From a virus (lineage: Duplodnaviria > Caudoviricetes), in IMG/VR virus record IMGVR_UViG_3300012988_000004, positions 1 to 58,003 of that record: DNA of 58,003 nucleotides; one strand, written 5' to 3'. Positions 7,763-17,144 of the stretch are shown here, piece by piece. The notes beneath the pieces are model-generated. The model was not told where the DNA came from. It saw nothing but the letters and a program-made list of their open reading frames with translations, and did not search any database. The translations under genes were made by a program, and so were the position numbers. The first letter of the stretch is position 1. Each line of letters begins with the position of its first letter.

Positions 7763-9310
7763 CTAATCTTTATATCCTGCTGCTAAAAGTAATCCGTAAG
7801 CTATTCCGTGGCCCTTGTTTGAATTGGAATTCCATCCGTGCATTTTTGAGAAACCTAATTCAGTAGGATGGACAAAAAAAGCGTCTAAAATAAAATCCCC
7901 TTGTTGCGGCAGTAATGTGTTATACATTGCGACACGAACAAATTTTACACCCATTTGACTGAGTTGTACCCATCCCTTTCGCCATCGCCAATTGTTCATG
8001 CTCTGCATTTGTGCATCTCTTGTAGGGCCTGAAAAACGAGCATTGTTTTCTTCTATGAAAACAAATCTAAGTGATGGTTTTAAGTTATAATAAGTCATGA
8101 CGAGAGTAGTAAAATCAGACTGTTGTGTAACGTCTGGAAGATTATTAACACCCAACATTATGACAATTATATCGGGATCATACGCAGCCATATACGTTGC
8201 TGGTGTTGACGCTCCATTTGATCCAATAATAAAATCCATAAATGAAGTTCCCCCATATCCAGCATAATAACCCATTGGGAAAGCTGAATTAAATACCGGC
8301 CCTTTAAAGCTCATATTACTGATGCGGGAATCGTTCAAGAGCATATTATAGCAGCCCAATCGCCAACTATTATGTGGTGTCCCTCCAATAGTACGGCTAT
8401 CTCCAATAAATAGCACATCTAATGCCCCTGCCGTATTTGGAAGGGCTGGTAAAATTGGATCAACATCACTTATTCTTTCAGCAGGATTATACCTTGCATA
8501 AAAAGGAATATTCGTAGTTGATGATGATGCACTACTTGCACGAGTAGCAACTAATCCGCCTACTGCATCTGTCCAAGTCGATCCGGCATCGCTTGCTTTG
8601 AATAAAGTTACTGTATTTGTAGCCTGTGAATAAACATCATTTAAAAGAGCTTGGTAATGTGATTCTATCTGAGAATCAGTAAGTCCTGTTGAACTAATCC
8701 CACACGCAATTATACCGCTTTGATAAGGGTAAAAATTACTTGAATTAACAAAAGCAAACGATCCAATCGTAAGCCCTTTGGTAGAGCTTATGAATGACAT
8801 TGTAGTAGCGTTCATCGTAAATCCATTATAAGAACGTACCCCATTCTTATACATGTAAATTTTACCATGTCTAACTACTCCATGAATAACTTGTATTTTC
8901 CCTACTTCGTCCCACGTTGAAGCGATTGCGTTTACTTTTGTAACAGTATCATTATCATTACGAATGAATGTGCCACCAACGAACATTGAAGTCTCTCCCT
9001 GAAACTGACAAAATCCCCAACCAACTTTATTGGCATTGTGGTTGGTCTTCCCAAAAATTAACTGGGTATCATTTGTTGGAATTGCGGGATAGTTTGCAGT
9101 CACTACAACCCAAGCACTAAACCCTACCGAATCAGCTTGTCTTCCTGTTCCATCACCAGTATAATAGTTTTGTGAATTGGAAAAACCAGTAACAACAGAA
9201 ACGGGAATATTCTTTTCTGAAACGAAATGTCCTACCTGCGAAGCGCTGATTTTAGGATCGGTGCATCCAATTAAAAATAGAACGTATAGAAGTAAATATA
9301 TTAATCTCAT
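7763..9310 (-). CDS. Lipoprotein with LamG-like lectin and SGNH/GDSL hydrolase domains
   Basis: LLYVLFLIGC lipobox; LamG-like beta domain (IYMYKNG); FIGDS, LGVNN and VHP SGNH blocks. Confidence 0.75.
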   Translation of the reverse strand: MRLIYLLLYVLFLIGCTDPKISASQVGHFVSEKNIPVSVVTGFSNSQNYYTGDGTGRQADSVGFSAWVVVTANYPAIPTNDTQLIFGKTNHNANKVGWGFCQFQGETSMFVGGTFIRNDNDTVTKVNAIASTWDEVGKIQVIHGVVRHGKIYMYKNGVRSYNGFTMNATTMSFISSTKGLTIGSFAFVNSSNFYPYQSGIIACGISSTGLTDSQIESHYQALLNDVYSQATNTVTLFKASDAGSTWTDAVGGLVATRASSASSSTTNIPFYARYNPAERISDVDPILPALPNTAGALDVLFIGDSRTIGGTPHNSWRLGCYNMLLNDSRISNMSFKGPVFNSAFPMGYYAGYGGTSFMDFIIGSNGASTPATYMAAYDPDIIVIMLGVNNLPDVTQQSDFTTLVMTYYNLKPSLRFVFIEENNARFSGPTRDAQMQSMNNWRWRKGWVQLSQMGVKFVRVAMYNTLLPQQGDFILDAFFVHPTELGFSKMHGWNSNSNKGHGIAYGLLLAAGYKD

Positions 9311-9312
9311 AA

Positions 9313-11007
9313 TTATTTCCATGCCGGTATATAAGCAGTTGAGCCATCAGAAGTTGTTATTTGAACCCATGTATATGGGGCGGTGTTTGTAGTTGCTGGT
9401 GAATTTGTTCCTAACAAAGCACTTCCCCCTCCAGTAGTATTGGTACCTCCGAACTTTATAACACGATTAAATGTCCATAGACTACTTGAGACAGTATAAA
9501 TATCATTCGTGCCGTCATTAAAAGTATATACATCAACATTCGTTGCACGATGCCGCCATGCTTTTGTACCACCTGTATTAAACACTATAACATCAACATT
9601 TGTACCTGAACTACTAAATGTACTGGCAGGGGAGCGAAGAGCTATTGTGGATGAACCTGTAAAATCGGCAGTAGTTCCACTCTGGAATAAATCTCCATTA
9701 TATCTAATTCTAAATCTATCTGAAGATGCTGATTGCAAATGCATTAAATAATCGGCCGATCCTGTTGTACTCCATGTTGGATTTGTACTAATAAGCTCCC
9801 TTCCTTGCATCCCAACTGGAAAAGTTGATGTTAAATATAACGATCTGGCAACCTGAGCACTTGTACCTGATCCAACAACAAAACTTCCGCCAATTTCAAA
9901 TAGATTATAAACATCAGCATTTCCTCCACTTCCGTTTGATCTTCCGGTAATCGTTGGATTTATTATAAAATGATCTTGTCCTGAAGCTGTCCCGGTCCAG
10001 CTTCCTCCCATCGATGAACCTTGAGTATTTAAAACCCAACTGATTGTATTGTTTGCCTCACTATAAGAACTTGCTCCAAAAATTATACTCCCTTTGGTTG
10101 CATGAGAAGTTGATGAAAGCGTTAAATTATTACCCGATGCTGTTCCGCCAATTACACTTTGTCCTCCTGATTTTCCGGTTGAAAGATCTGCTGTTAACGT
10201 TCCTGATGTGTTGGTTAGACCAGTACTGATTGTTAATGTCAGAGCATCTACATAACCTGTGGTTGCAATTGTACCATTATTAGTCCCAGGTGGTTGTGTT
10301 GTTGCTGTCATCCCATTCGCTAAAGCACCTGCATTGATAGAAGCGGCTGGCAATCCTGTTGCATTAGTCAAGGTTAGGCTAGATGGTGTTCCACCTGAGC
10401 CGTTAAACAAAACAGGAGCACCAGCACTACCAATGTTTACTCCTAATGCAGTTTGAACACCCGTGCCGAAAGTGATTGTTGATTGTTTAGCATTTAAGGC
10501 TGTTTGTAAATCAGTTTGATTTGAAAGTGTACCCGTAATAGAACCCCATGCTCCGCCTGAACTACCTAAGAAAATTTGAAATATATTATTAGGCTGATCA
10601 TACCAAACTTTCAATACCTGATTGGCCTGAATATCTCCTGACGAAAGTGCTGTATAAGATCCGCTTACTAGCTTCTGAAGATTTACTGCTCCATAACCAT
10701 TAATATTCAGTGTTGAAGCTCCGCTATTGCCATTCTGAAATTGGATCTCAAACAGACAATTGGAGTAACTTGTTATCGCTGAAGATGTAGAAACATAAGT
10801 ATTGGTCCCTGTCGCTACTAAAGGCAATACTGATAGCTTACTATAAGCTAAATCATTAAAATCTCCACCAATTCGTGCAGCAGTGTTTTGTCCGGGCCCA
10901 GCACTGATTACAGTATTACCATTGGCTATAAGTTGTGCATCTGTCTTTGCCTGACCAAAGCATGCCAACGAGATAAAAGATAAAATTCCAATCAATATTT
11001 TTTTCAT
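9313..11007 (-). CDS. Tail-fibre/whisker-like protein carrying a Sec signal peptide
   Basis: MKKILIGILSFISLACFG/Q, followed by fibre motifs NTAARIG, GASTLNING, WGSITGTLSNQTDLQTALNAK and IATTGYV; G/S/T-rich. Confidence 0.75.
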   Translation of the reverse strand: MKKILIGILSFISLACFGQAKTDAQLIANGNTVISAGPGQNTAARIGGDFNDLAYSKLSVLPLVATGTNTYVSTSSAITSYSNCLFEIQFQNGNSGASTLNINGYGAVNLQKLVSGSYTALSSGDIQANQVLKVWYDQPNNIFQIFLGSSGGAWGSITGTLSNQTDLQTALNAKQSTITFGTGVQTALGVNIGSAGAPVLFNGSGGTPSSLTLTNATGLPAASINAGALANGMTATTQPPGTNNGTIATTGYVDALTLTISTGLTNTSGTLTADLSTGKSGGQSVIGGTASGNNLTLSSTSHATKGSIIFGASSYSEANNTISWVLNTQGSSMGGSWTGTASGQDHFIINPTITGRSNGSGGNADVYNLFEIGGSFVVGSGTSAQVARSLYLTSTFPVGMQGRELISTNPTWSTTGSADYLMHLQSASSDRFRIRYNGDLFQSGTTADFTGSSTIALRSPASTFSSSGTNVDVIVFNTGGTKAWRHRATNVDVYTFNDGTNDIYTVSSSLWTFNRVIKFGGTNTTGGGSALLGTNSPATTNTAPYTWVQITTSDGSTAYIPAWK

Positions 11008-11021
11008 AATCACTTTAATTT

Positions 11022-11687
11022 TTAAGGAAACGAATTATCAAAACTACTGTCAAATATTCTACTACTCGAAGCTCCTACTACCCACAAATAACCACGATCA
11101 GTCTCATCAAGTTTCCACTGCGTATAAAGTACATTCAAAGGTCTCGCCAAACTTCCAAGATCATTGTTCTCTGGTACCTTAACCGATAACACCAACCTCC
11201 CCATCACAGAACTCTCCGCATCTATTCTCTTCTGGTCCGGGTTCGCTATCTGAAGCCCTTCCCAATGTCTATTCATTATAAATCCTGGAGGCGTGTTAAA
11301 CCCCAAAGTCTTGTACCCCGAGTATTCAATGATCGATCTCACCACGCCCATTAACCTCTGTAACTTCGCCATCGCGAACTGATCTCCAGGTCCATTATTC
11401 TTACTCGTCTTGGCTCCCACATAACAATCCACATAATACCGGTACGTTCCGTCACTCTGTATCTGTGTCTGTCCTCCGTAGTTACCCTCCGCAAGTTGCA
11501 CGTTAACTGATGGATACTCTGTCTCCAAATCAAAAGGCACAAACCTCTCTATCCACACGTTCGCCTTCAGGTTAATATCATAGTTCAACTGGAACTGTGT
11601 CAATAACTCCTGAGCCAATATCCTTCCAACCCGATCTCTGACTATCTCAAAAGCCTGTGGTCCTATGGGAACATTTATAGCACTCAT
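11022..11687 (-). CDS. Tail terminator/neck protein
   Basis: Follows the head-closure gene; P.VNV...G and beta pattern; C-terminal FDSSFDNSF. Confidence 0.6.
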   Translation of the reverse strand: MSAINVPIGPQAFEIVRDRVGRILAQELLTQFQLNYDINLKANVWIERFVPFDLETEYPSVNVQLAEGNYGGQTQIQSDGTYRYYVDCYVGAKTSKNNGPGDQFAMAKLQRLMGVVRSIIEYSGYKTLGFNTPPGFIMNRHWEGLQIANPDQKRIDAESSVMGRLVLSVKVPENNDLGSLARPLNVLYTQWKLDETDRGYLWVVGASSSRIFDSSFDNSFP

Positions 11688-12061
11688 TCAAAATCTCCTA
11701 ACATGCAAACCAAAAGTCCTAACGCCTCATCCGGGTAAATTTCTCTTATCACATACTGCTCAACTATCCCCATACTGTCAATCACGGCCACCCTATTATC
11801 TTTAATTATGAGCTTGCCATTTGAATCCCTTACCGGATAACCTACATCTGACAAAGAACTCTCTGCGAAAGAAATATGGATCTTTCTGGTATTAACAAAC
11901 TCTCCCTGATTATCTACCCCTAAATGAATGACCGATGACATCCCTCTGATAATCGCGGTGGTGATGCCATCTGCTGCCGTAAACTGAATAGTCTTGGTAA
12001 ATCCATTCGGATCTGTTCTTATCCTCTTCACTGCCGCTTGTGCTGTTTCTATCATTCCCAT
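11684..12061 (-). CDS. Head-tail joining (gpFII-like) protein
   Basis: 125 aa beta-rich protein directly after capsid. Confidence 0.6.
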   Translation of the reverse strand: MGMIETAQAAVKRIRTDPNGFTKTIQFTAADGITTAIIRGMSSVIHLGVDNQGEFVNTRKIHISFAESSLSDVGYPVRDSNGKLIIKDNRVAVIDSMGIVEQYVIREIYPDEALGLLVCMLGDFE

Positions 12062-12063
12062 AT

Positions 12064-12098
12064 AAAAAGTTTAGCCTGCGTTTACCAGGCGCAGGCTA
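12064..12098 (-). terminator. Intrinsic terminator after major capsid gene
   Basis: TAGCCTGCG/CGCAGGCTA 9-bp stem followed by a U-tract on the minus strand. Confidence 0.6.
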
Positions 12099-12156
12099 TT
12101 ACCCTAATCCAAATTATAACCGACCAATCAAAAAATGCCTGTCTAAATAATATTTT

Positions 12157-13254
12157 TTAAGCAGCTCCTCTGAAGGTATAAATCTGATCCACTGCCACCG
12201 GAATCGCGATAGGAGCTGATTGAACTGCCATCTGATGCTTTGCCAACCATTCATCGATCATATCCGAGAAGTTATACTCTCCCTGGATAGGAACTTGACC
12301 GGGAGCTCCAATCAATCGTGGTGTTGCGCAGCATACCAGCTTGAAGCGTGGATTGCTAGGGAACATCACCACTTGGTTCACCGGCACATAAGGAGTGCTA
12401 GTATATGTAGGTGTCCATGAAAGACTTGTTGGTGTATTGCCAGCCGCATCGTTCACAGGAAGATCGTAGAACTGTGGATAAGACCACAACTGTACGCGAT
12501 ATGATCCCGCAGTAATGCTTCCTAAGAATACCATGCCCTCAGCTTGACGTACAGGCATGATAGCATCATCGAACTTAGCCTGGAACATCTTCTGTGTGTC
12601 GATGAACTTAGCATTGTTACGAAGGTCATTCCATGCAGTCGTTCCAATAATAGCATTGAACGTCCCATCGAAAGACTTACCTATCTTTCTCAAGAAATCA
12701 CAACCTTTCACGAACACTGGATATGGATCCGTTACCGTGGCGAAATAGTCACCTGCGACATCTGAAATTGATGATGTCTTGCGCTTGAAGTCAATATTGA
12801 CCCCCTGTGTCATCGTTACAATACCTTGATTGAAAAACACCTGAGCACACTGAAGTTCTCTTGCACGTCTGATTTTGTCGATCAGAATATCCATCCGGTC
12901 TGCTACTTCATTCACAAATGAAATGAATAGCGGTTCTTGTGCGTTGCCTTGTGATCCCAATACGCGATCATAAAGATCGAGATGGGTCAAATCCATATAC
13001 TCCCTGAAATAAGGAGGCTCAAACATCTTTTGCGAACTGCGGCTGAAAGTATTACGGTTACCTTCCGTTCCTCTTACCACATCGGTAGCCACCTTCTCCC
13101 CCATACGTTCCACTTCAATGTAAGTGGACTTGGTAGGAACTACCTGCGTAGGAAAGAATGACTGAAGGAAAGGGGTAACCTTCGGCCTCTCGCGATAAAC
13201 ATCCACTAACGTGGTGGTGAAAAGTCCCCTGATGTCTGCGGTTGAAATACTCAT
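12157..13254 (-). CDS. Major capsid protein, lambda gpE family
   Basis: FL..FFP, PPYFRE, R.RELQCAQ, IDF, QSAP motifs. Confidence 0.92.
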   Translation of the reverse strand: MSISTADIRGLFTTTLVDVYRERPKVTPFLQSFFPTQVVPTKSTYIEVERMGEKVATDVVRGTEGNRNTFSRSSQKMFEPPYFREYMDLTHLDLYDRVLGSQGNAQEPLFISFVNEVADRMDILIDKIRRARELQCAQVFFNQGIVTMTQGVNIDFKRKTSSISDVAGDYFATVTDPYPVFVKGCDFLRKIGKSFDGTFNAIIGTTAWNDLRNNAKFIDTQKMFQAKFDDAIMPVRQAEGMVFLGSITAGSYRVQLWSYPQFYDLPVNDAAGNTPTSLSWTPTYTSTPYVPVNQVVMFPSNPRFKLVCCATPRLIGAPGQVPIQGEYNFSDMIDEWLAKHQMAVQSAPIAIPVAVDQIYTFRGAA

Positions 13255-13283
13255 ATTGCGTTCGCTTTATTTTTTTTTAATTC

Positions 13284-13730
13284 TTAATTGTCGTAATCGG
13301 TCATCTCCGTACGGCCTCTCAATACAATTCCTGCTGAGTCTGCCTGTAATCTGTCACGATACCTACGTCCGGCCACAACCGTATCCAGCGTATCTCCGAA
13401 AGTGAATATCAAAAGAGGAGCAGAAATATCTCCAGCGATACAGATTGCACATTGTTGCGTTTGTCCTGCTGCCAGGTTTACCACATCTCTGGCAAGGACT
13501 CCTATAGGAAATTGACTACCATCTACTGCCGAAGCAGTCGAAGGAATCAATACTCCAGTGCTTGCCACTCGACCCATTACCGTACCGGCTAACAGCGTAA
13601 TGGTGGAATAACTGAAGTTATTCACATAGTTGTCGTTCTCATATCGGTTGCCCCATAAGAACAGTTTCTCCAGATTGTACTGGGTAGTAATCTGTTGGCC
13701 TGTATTGATCGTAATGGTTGCTGAACTCAT
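13284..13730 (-). CDS. Head decoration protein (gpD-like)
   Basis: AGTVMG...DGSQ.P.GVL motif; between protease and capsid. Confidence 0.8.
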   Translation of the reverse strand: MSSATITINTGQQITTQYNLEKLFLWGNRYENDNYVNNFSYSTITLLAGTVMGRVASTGVLIPSTASAVDGSQFPIGVLARDVVNLAAGQTQQCAICIAGDISAPLLIFTFGDTLDTVVAGRRYRDRLQADSAGIVLRGRTEMTDYDN

Positions 13731-13765
13731 ATCGTTGATCTTTTAAAAATCTTTTTTTCTTTTTT

Positions 13766-14764
13766 TTATGCTGTTGCCCGAACGCCTCTCTCGAAACCCA
13801 TAATCACATCACTTTCTGATTTGTCTTTGAGATTCAAAGAAGCACGAATGCTCTTTGTGAAAGTATCCAATTCTGGATTGGGCTTGTCTTTCTTTCCATC
13901 ATCTGTTTGTGTGGTGGGAACTGTTTTAGCTGCGCTTGCAGCCAATTCTTCTGCCGCTTTAGGGCTCATTGCCTTTAGTGCAAATTCCGCTTGCTGAGTA
14001 GCCGTCATTGGCTTACCAGAAGCGATAATTGCTTTCACTCCTTCTGGATCAAGATGATTGAAAACCAAAGCTGCACCAACACGGTCACGCTCTGCGTTAA
14101 CTCCGGCTTTTGCTCCAATGTCAAAAATTTCATCGTAAAGCGCAGGATGTTGTGCGCGAAGTTCTTGAATGTTCATAAGTTTTTTAGTTTTATCGTCTTG
14201 CTGTTGTTGTGCACTCGATGCTGCAATCTTTTCAAACATGGAACCCATAGCTTCCATCTCGATAGGAGTCAATTCGACTATTTCATCGACAAGTCCTATG
14301 GCTTTCATTTCTTTGGCCGATAGAATTACATCGACTCTTTTTTCTGGATCGAAGATTTGATCCATCGTAACTCCCTTCAGTTTTTCAAGTTTTGCGACAT
14401 TTATCTTTGATTCGAGTTGTGCTCTCAAATCTTTGTTGCGTGCATTAAGCCACTCTTTTTCTACTGCCGTGGTGGCATACATGTCCGCTCTGTGCAGAAG
14501 TCCACTTGAAACACTTAATGCAGTTACTTTTTTGGCATAAGGAAGAAGGAAAAATCCTGCTGAATTTGCTGCGCCATCGATTTGAATATTCACGTTACCA
14601 TGTTCCTTCATCTTTGCAGCTATACCCCACATGGATAAAGGATTTCCACCTGGTGTGTTCATCCTCATGTTCACAGTTGAACCCATATTATCCTCCATCT
14701 TCGAGATCAAGTTCTCTGCGATGTAGTCGTAGATTCCTGTATAGAGGTAAATTTCCTTAGCCAT
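13766..14764 (-). CDS. ClpP/S14-type prohead protease with C-terminal scaffold
   Basis: NTPGG, DGAANSAG, LLHR, A.E....GLVD; C-terminal LRAQHP/AERDR scaffold signature. Confidence 0.88.
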   Translation of the reverse strand: MAKEIYLYTGIYDYIAENLISKMEDNMGSTVNMRMNTPGGNPLSMWGIAAKMKEHGNVNIQIDGAANSAGFFLLPYAKKVTALSVSSGLLHRADMYATTAVEKEWLNARNKDLRAQLESKINVAKLEKLKGVTMDQIFDPEKRVDVILSAKEMKAIGLVDEIVELTPIEMEAMGSMFEKIAASSAQQQQDDKTKKLMNIQELRAQHPALYDEIFDIGAKAGVNAERDRVGAALVFNHLDPEGVKAIIASGKPMTATQQAEFALKAMSPKAAEELAASAAKTVPTTQTDDGKKDKPNPELDTFTKSIRASLNLKDKSESDVIMGFERGVRATA

Positions 14765-14800
14765 TTCGTAACCAAAAATCCCATAGAGAAGTATATTATA

Positions 14801-14825
14801 AAAAATTTAGTATCAAATTGGGGAA
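14801..14825. promoter_or_regulatory. Late-operon motif copy 1
   Basis: AAAAATTTAGTATCAAATTGGGGAA, 23/25 identical to 29203..29227. Confidence 0.65.
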
Positions 14826-14843
14826 ATAATTAAATTTGAGTCT

Positions 14844-15035
14844 ATGAGCAAAAAAACATATCCCTCATGGCAATTACCTGAAATAAAATTTACGGTAGCC
14901 AATGAATATCATCAGCAAATTTCAAACATATCGCATAATACAGGCGAATCAATTGCCAGCCTCATGCGACCCAAAGTGCGGGAAATAATCAATAGCTATC
15001 CTGAAGAAACCAGGAATATTAGAAAAAAACTTTGA
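14844..15035 (+). CDS. Small ribbon-helix-helix-like regulator on the opposite strand
   Basis: EIKFTV strand plus two helices (GESIASLMR); TAAATTTG -7 box at 14831..14838. Confidence 0.55.
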   Translation: MSKKTYPSWQLPEIKFTVANEYHQQISNISHNTGESIASLMRPKVREIINSYPEETRNIRKKL

Positions 15036-15041
15036 TTGATT

Positions 15042-16742
15042 TTATTGACTTACATTGACCGTCTCGGTCGTCTCAGGTGGCAGTTCTATGCCAAGTTTCT
15101 TTATGTTCTCCATCTCCTGAGCAAACTGCTCTGCATTGTGATCACTATCTCCACCATTTAATGTTTCCGTAGCTCTCTCAACTGTAGTCAGAGGAGCAGT
15201 AGCACCTACAGGCCCTAGCTTCTCTCTCTCTGCCTGAACTTCTTTCATGGGATCGATATGAGGTACTGGAGCTCCGGTCCATCTACACGTACGGTAAGCA
15301 CTCAGAACCATGTAGTCATTCGTAACCTGACGTGCTATGAGATAACCTGGTGCCTGTATTCTATTGTTCAGAATCTCTATATCCAACCAGAAATCATAAA
15401 CGTTCTGAAGAAACTGCCTTCCGAAATCAGTTCTCTTGATGGTCAAAGTATTCTCCCAATCTTTGATAGCTGCACGGCTGGCTGAATAGTTCTCGTTGTA
15501 TTTCGACATCGCTACATCGGGAGGAATTTCAATAGTGGCGCAAACAATGTCGTTGTTCTTGTCTATGAAGTCTGCATAATATAGTTTGTCCTTATTTTCG
15601 CGCAAGGTCTTTACCTCCGATCCTTGTGGCATGTTGATCGTCTGCTTATTGGTAGATGCCTGTACACGATTGGCTAAAGCTATTCCTTGAATGTCTCTTG
15701 GAATATCACCGCTGTCCATAGGATCCCATTGATAAGCCTTCGCTACTTGTTCACTGAAAGGATTCTCCCCGGATGCTCCAAGTTGATGAGTGATCTGATA
15801 GGCAATCTTGGCTTGTTCTTCAGCTGCTGCCAAAGTAGCCTCATCATAGCGTTCCATTTTCTTCAGCTTCTCAAGCACTGTAGTAAGCAAAGGAATTCCT
15901 CTATGAGTGTCTAATCTATACTCCATGCCATAAACAAGAAAAGCTGATACAAGTCCTGCTTTTGCTTCTGCTGTGGATTTGGCGGGAATACGTTCTACAT
16001 CGAAGCTCATGAAAAGATTCAATGAATCAACCGGCTTTCTGACGTAGAACGCTACATGCTCACCACGTTCTGAAATCTCTACGCCATTGACAATCCTATT
16101 CCCATTAGCTGCAATCATTGGCCACCATTCGGATCCGGCCAAAGGACTGGAAAGATGTGCTCCATCAATGAACTGTATCTTTAATCCTTCATCTTTTAGA
16201 TAACGAAGAACAACAAGTGTATCCCCACCTACGAGAGAATCAATGTGAAGTTTAAATGCTTTGCGGTGAAGATTATCTCTGTTGCTCCAATCGCATTGTT
16301 TTGACTCTGCCCACACTTGCCAGCGTGCTTCTACATCTTCGGAAAACTTTTTAAGATCAGGATTGATTTTTCCTAGTAATGCCTGACTTGGTTCTGATTG
16401 AAGTTTTAAGCCTTTACCAACTACCCAAGCACCAAACTTTTTGATTACTGTTAATCCGGTAGCACTTTCGATAAATGCCTGCCATGATCTGAAACGTAGT
16501 CCAACATAATCCATGAAGTAATACCTCATCGGACCTAGTTCGCCTAAGTTCTTTTCACCGTTGAAGTTGGATGGATAGACTGGTTGATATGTACCAGGAG
16601 TAGTAAAGAGGGCTTTTGGAGAATATTTTCTCATGACTGCCTGACCAAAATCCCCCGCTAATGCACGATCAGCAAAGCGTTCATCATGTGATCTTTTCTG
16701 TTGATCCACATTATATTTCCTTAATTCGCTACCAGATGCCAT
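15042..16742 (-). CDS. Portal protein, lambda family
   Basis: VG.GL, RGIP.L, NYSASR, IDPMKEV motifs. Confidence 0.93.
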   Translation of the reverse strand: MASGSELRKYNVDQQKRSHDERFADRALAGDFGQAVMRKYSPKALFTTPGTYQPVYPSNFNGEKNLGELGPMRYYFMDYVGLRFRSWQAFIESATGLTVIKKFGAWVVGKGLKLQSEPSQALLGKINPDLKKFSEDVEARWQVWAESKQCDWSNRDNLHRKAFKLHIDSLVGGDTLVVLRYLKDEGLKIQFIDGAHLSSPLAGSEWWPMIAANGNRIVNGVEISERGEHVAFYVRKPVDSLNLFMSFDVERIPAKSTAEAKAGLVSAFLVYGMEYRLDTHRGIPLLTTVLEKLKKMERYDEATLAAAEEQAKIAYQITHQLGASGENPFSEQVAKAYQWDPMDSGDIPRDIQGIALANRVQASTNKQTINMPQGSEVKTLRENKDKLYYADFIDKNNDIVCATIEIPPDVAMSKYNENYSASRAAIKDWENTLTIKRTDFGRQFLQNVYDFWLDIEILNNRIQAPGYLIARQVTNDYMVLSAYRTCRWTGAPVPHIDPMKEVQAEREKLGPVGATAPLTTVERATETLNGGDSDHNAEQFAQEMENIKKLGIELPPETTETVNVSQ

Positions 16743-17049
16743 GTCGTCTAAAGTTTTTTGAATCTACTAACCTATGAACACGACCATTAAGTCGATTGAC
16801 ATATTTCTGTTTTAACATCTCCATGCTCTCCAATGCAGCCGTAATACCCTTGGTTCCACGGTAAACTTCTCGGATAATAGTTTGTCCATCATTGAGTTGA
16901 TATTCGCTGATGTTGTCATTTCCCGATGAAGCTGGCGTAAGCAATTGAGCTTCTAAAACAGCAATAACATTATCAAGCGCAATAATCTTTGCTTCTAGTG
17001 TCGTGCAAGATTGAAGGTATTTTCCTGCCGTATCGTAATAAACAGCCAT
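16729..17049 (-). CDS. Head completion protein (gpW-like)
   Basis: Immediately upstream of portal; EYQLNDGQT motif. Confidence 0.65.
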   Translation of the reverse strand: MAVYYDTAGKYLQSCTTLEAKIIALDNVIAVLEAQLLTPASSGNDNISEYQLNDGQTIIREVYRGTKGITAALESMEMLKQKYVNRLNGRVHRLVDSKNFRRHGIW

Positions 17050-17144
17050 ATATCAAAATTAAGATTTTATTCTGAATATTTTTTCTTTCACAAAATAGTA
17101 TCCAACTCGAATGACTGCAACCATCAATTTCATAAATGATTTTC

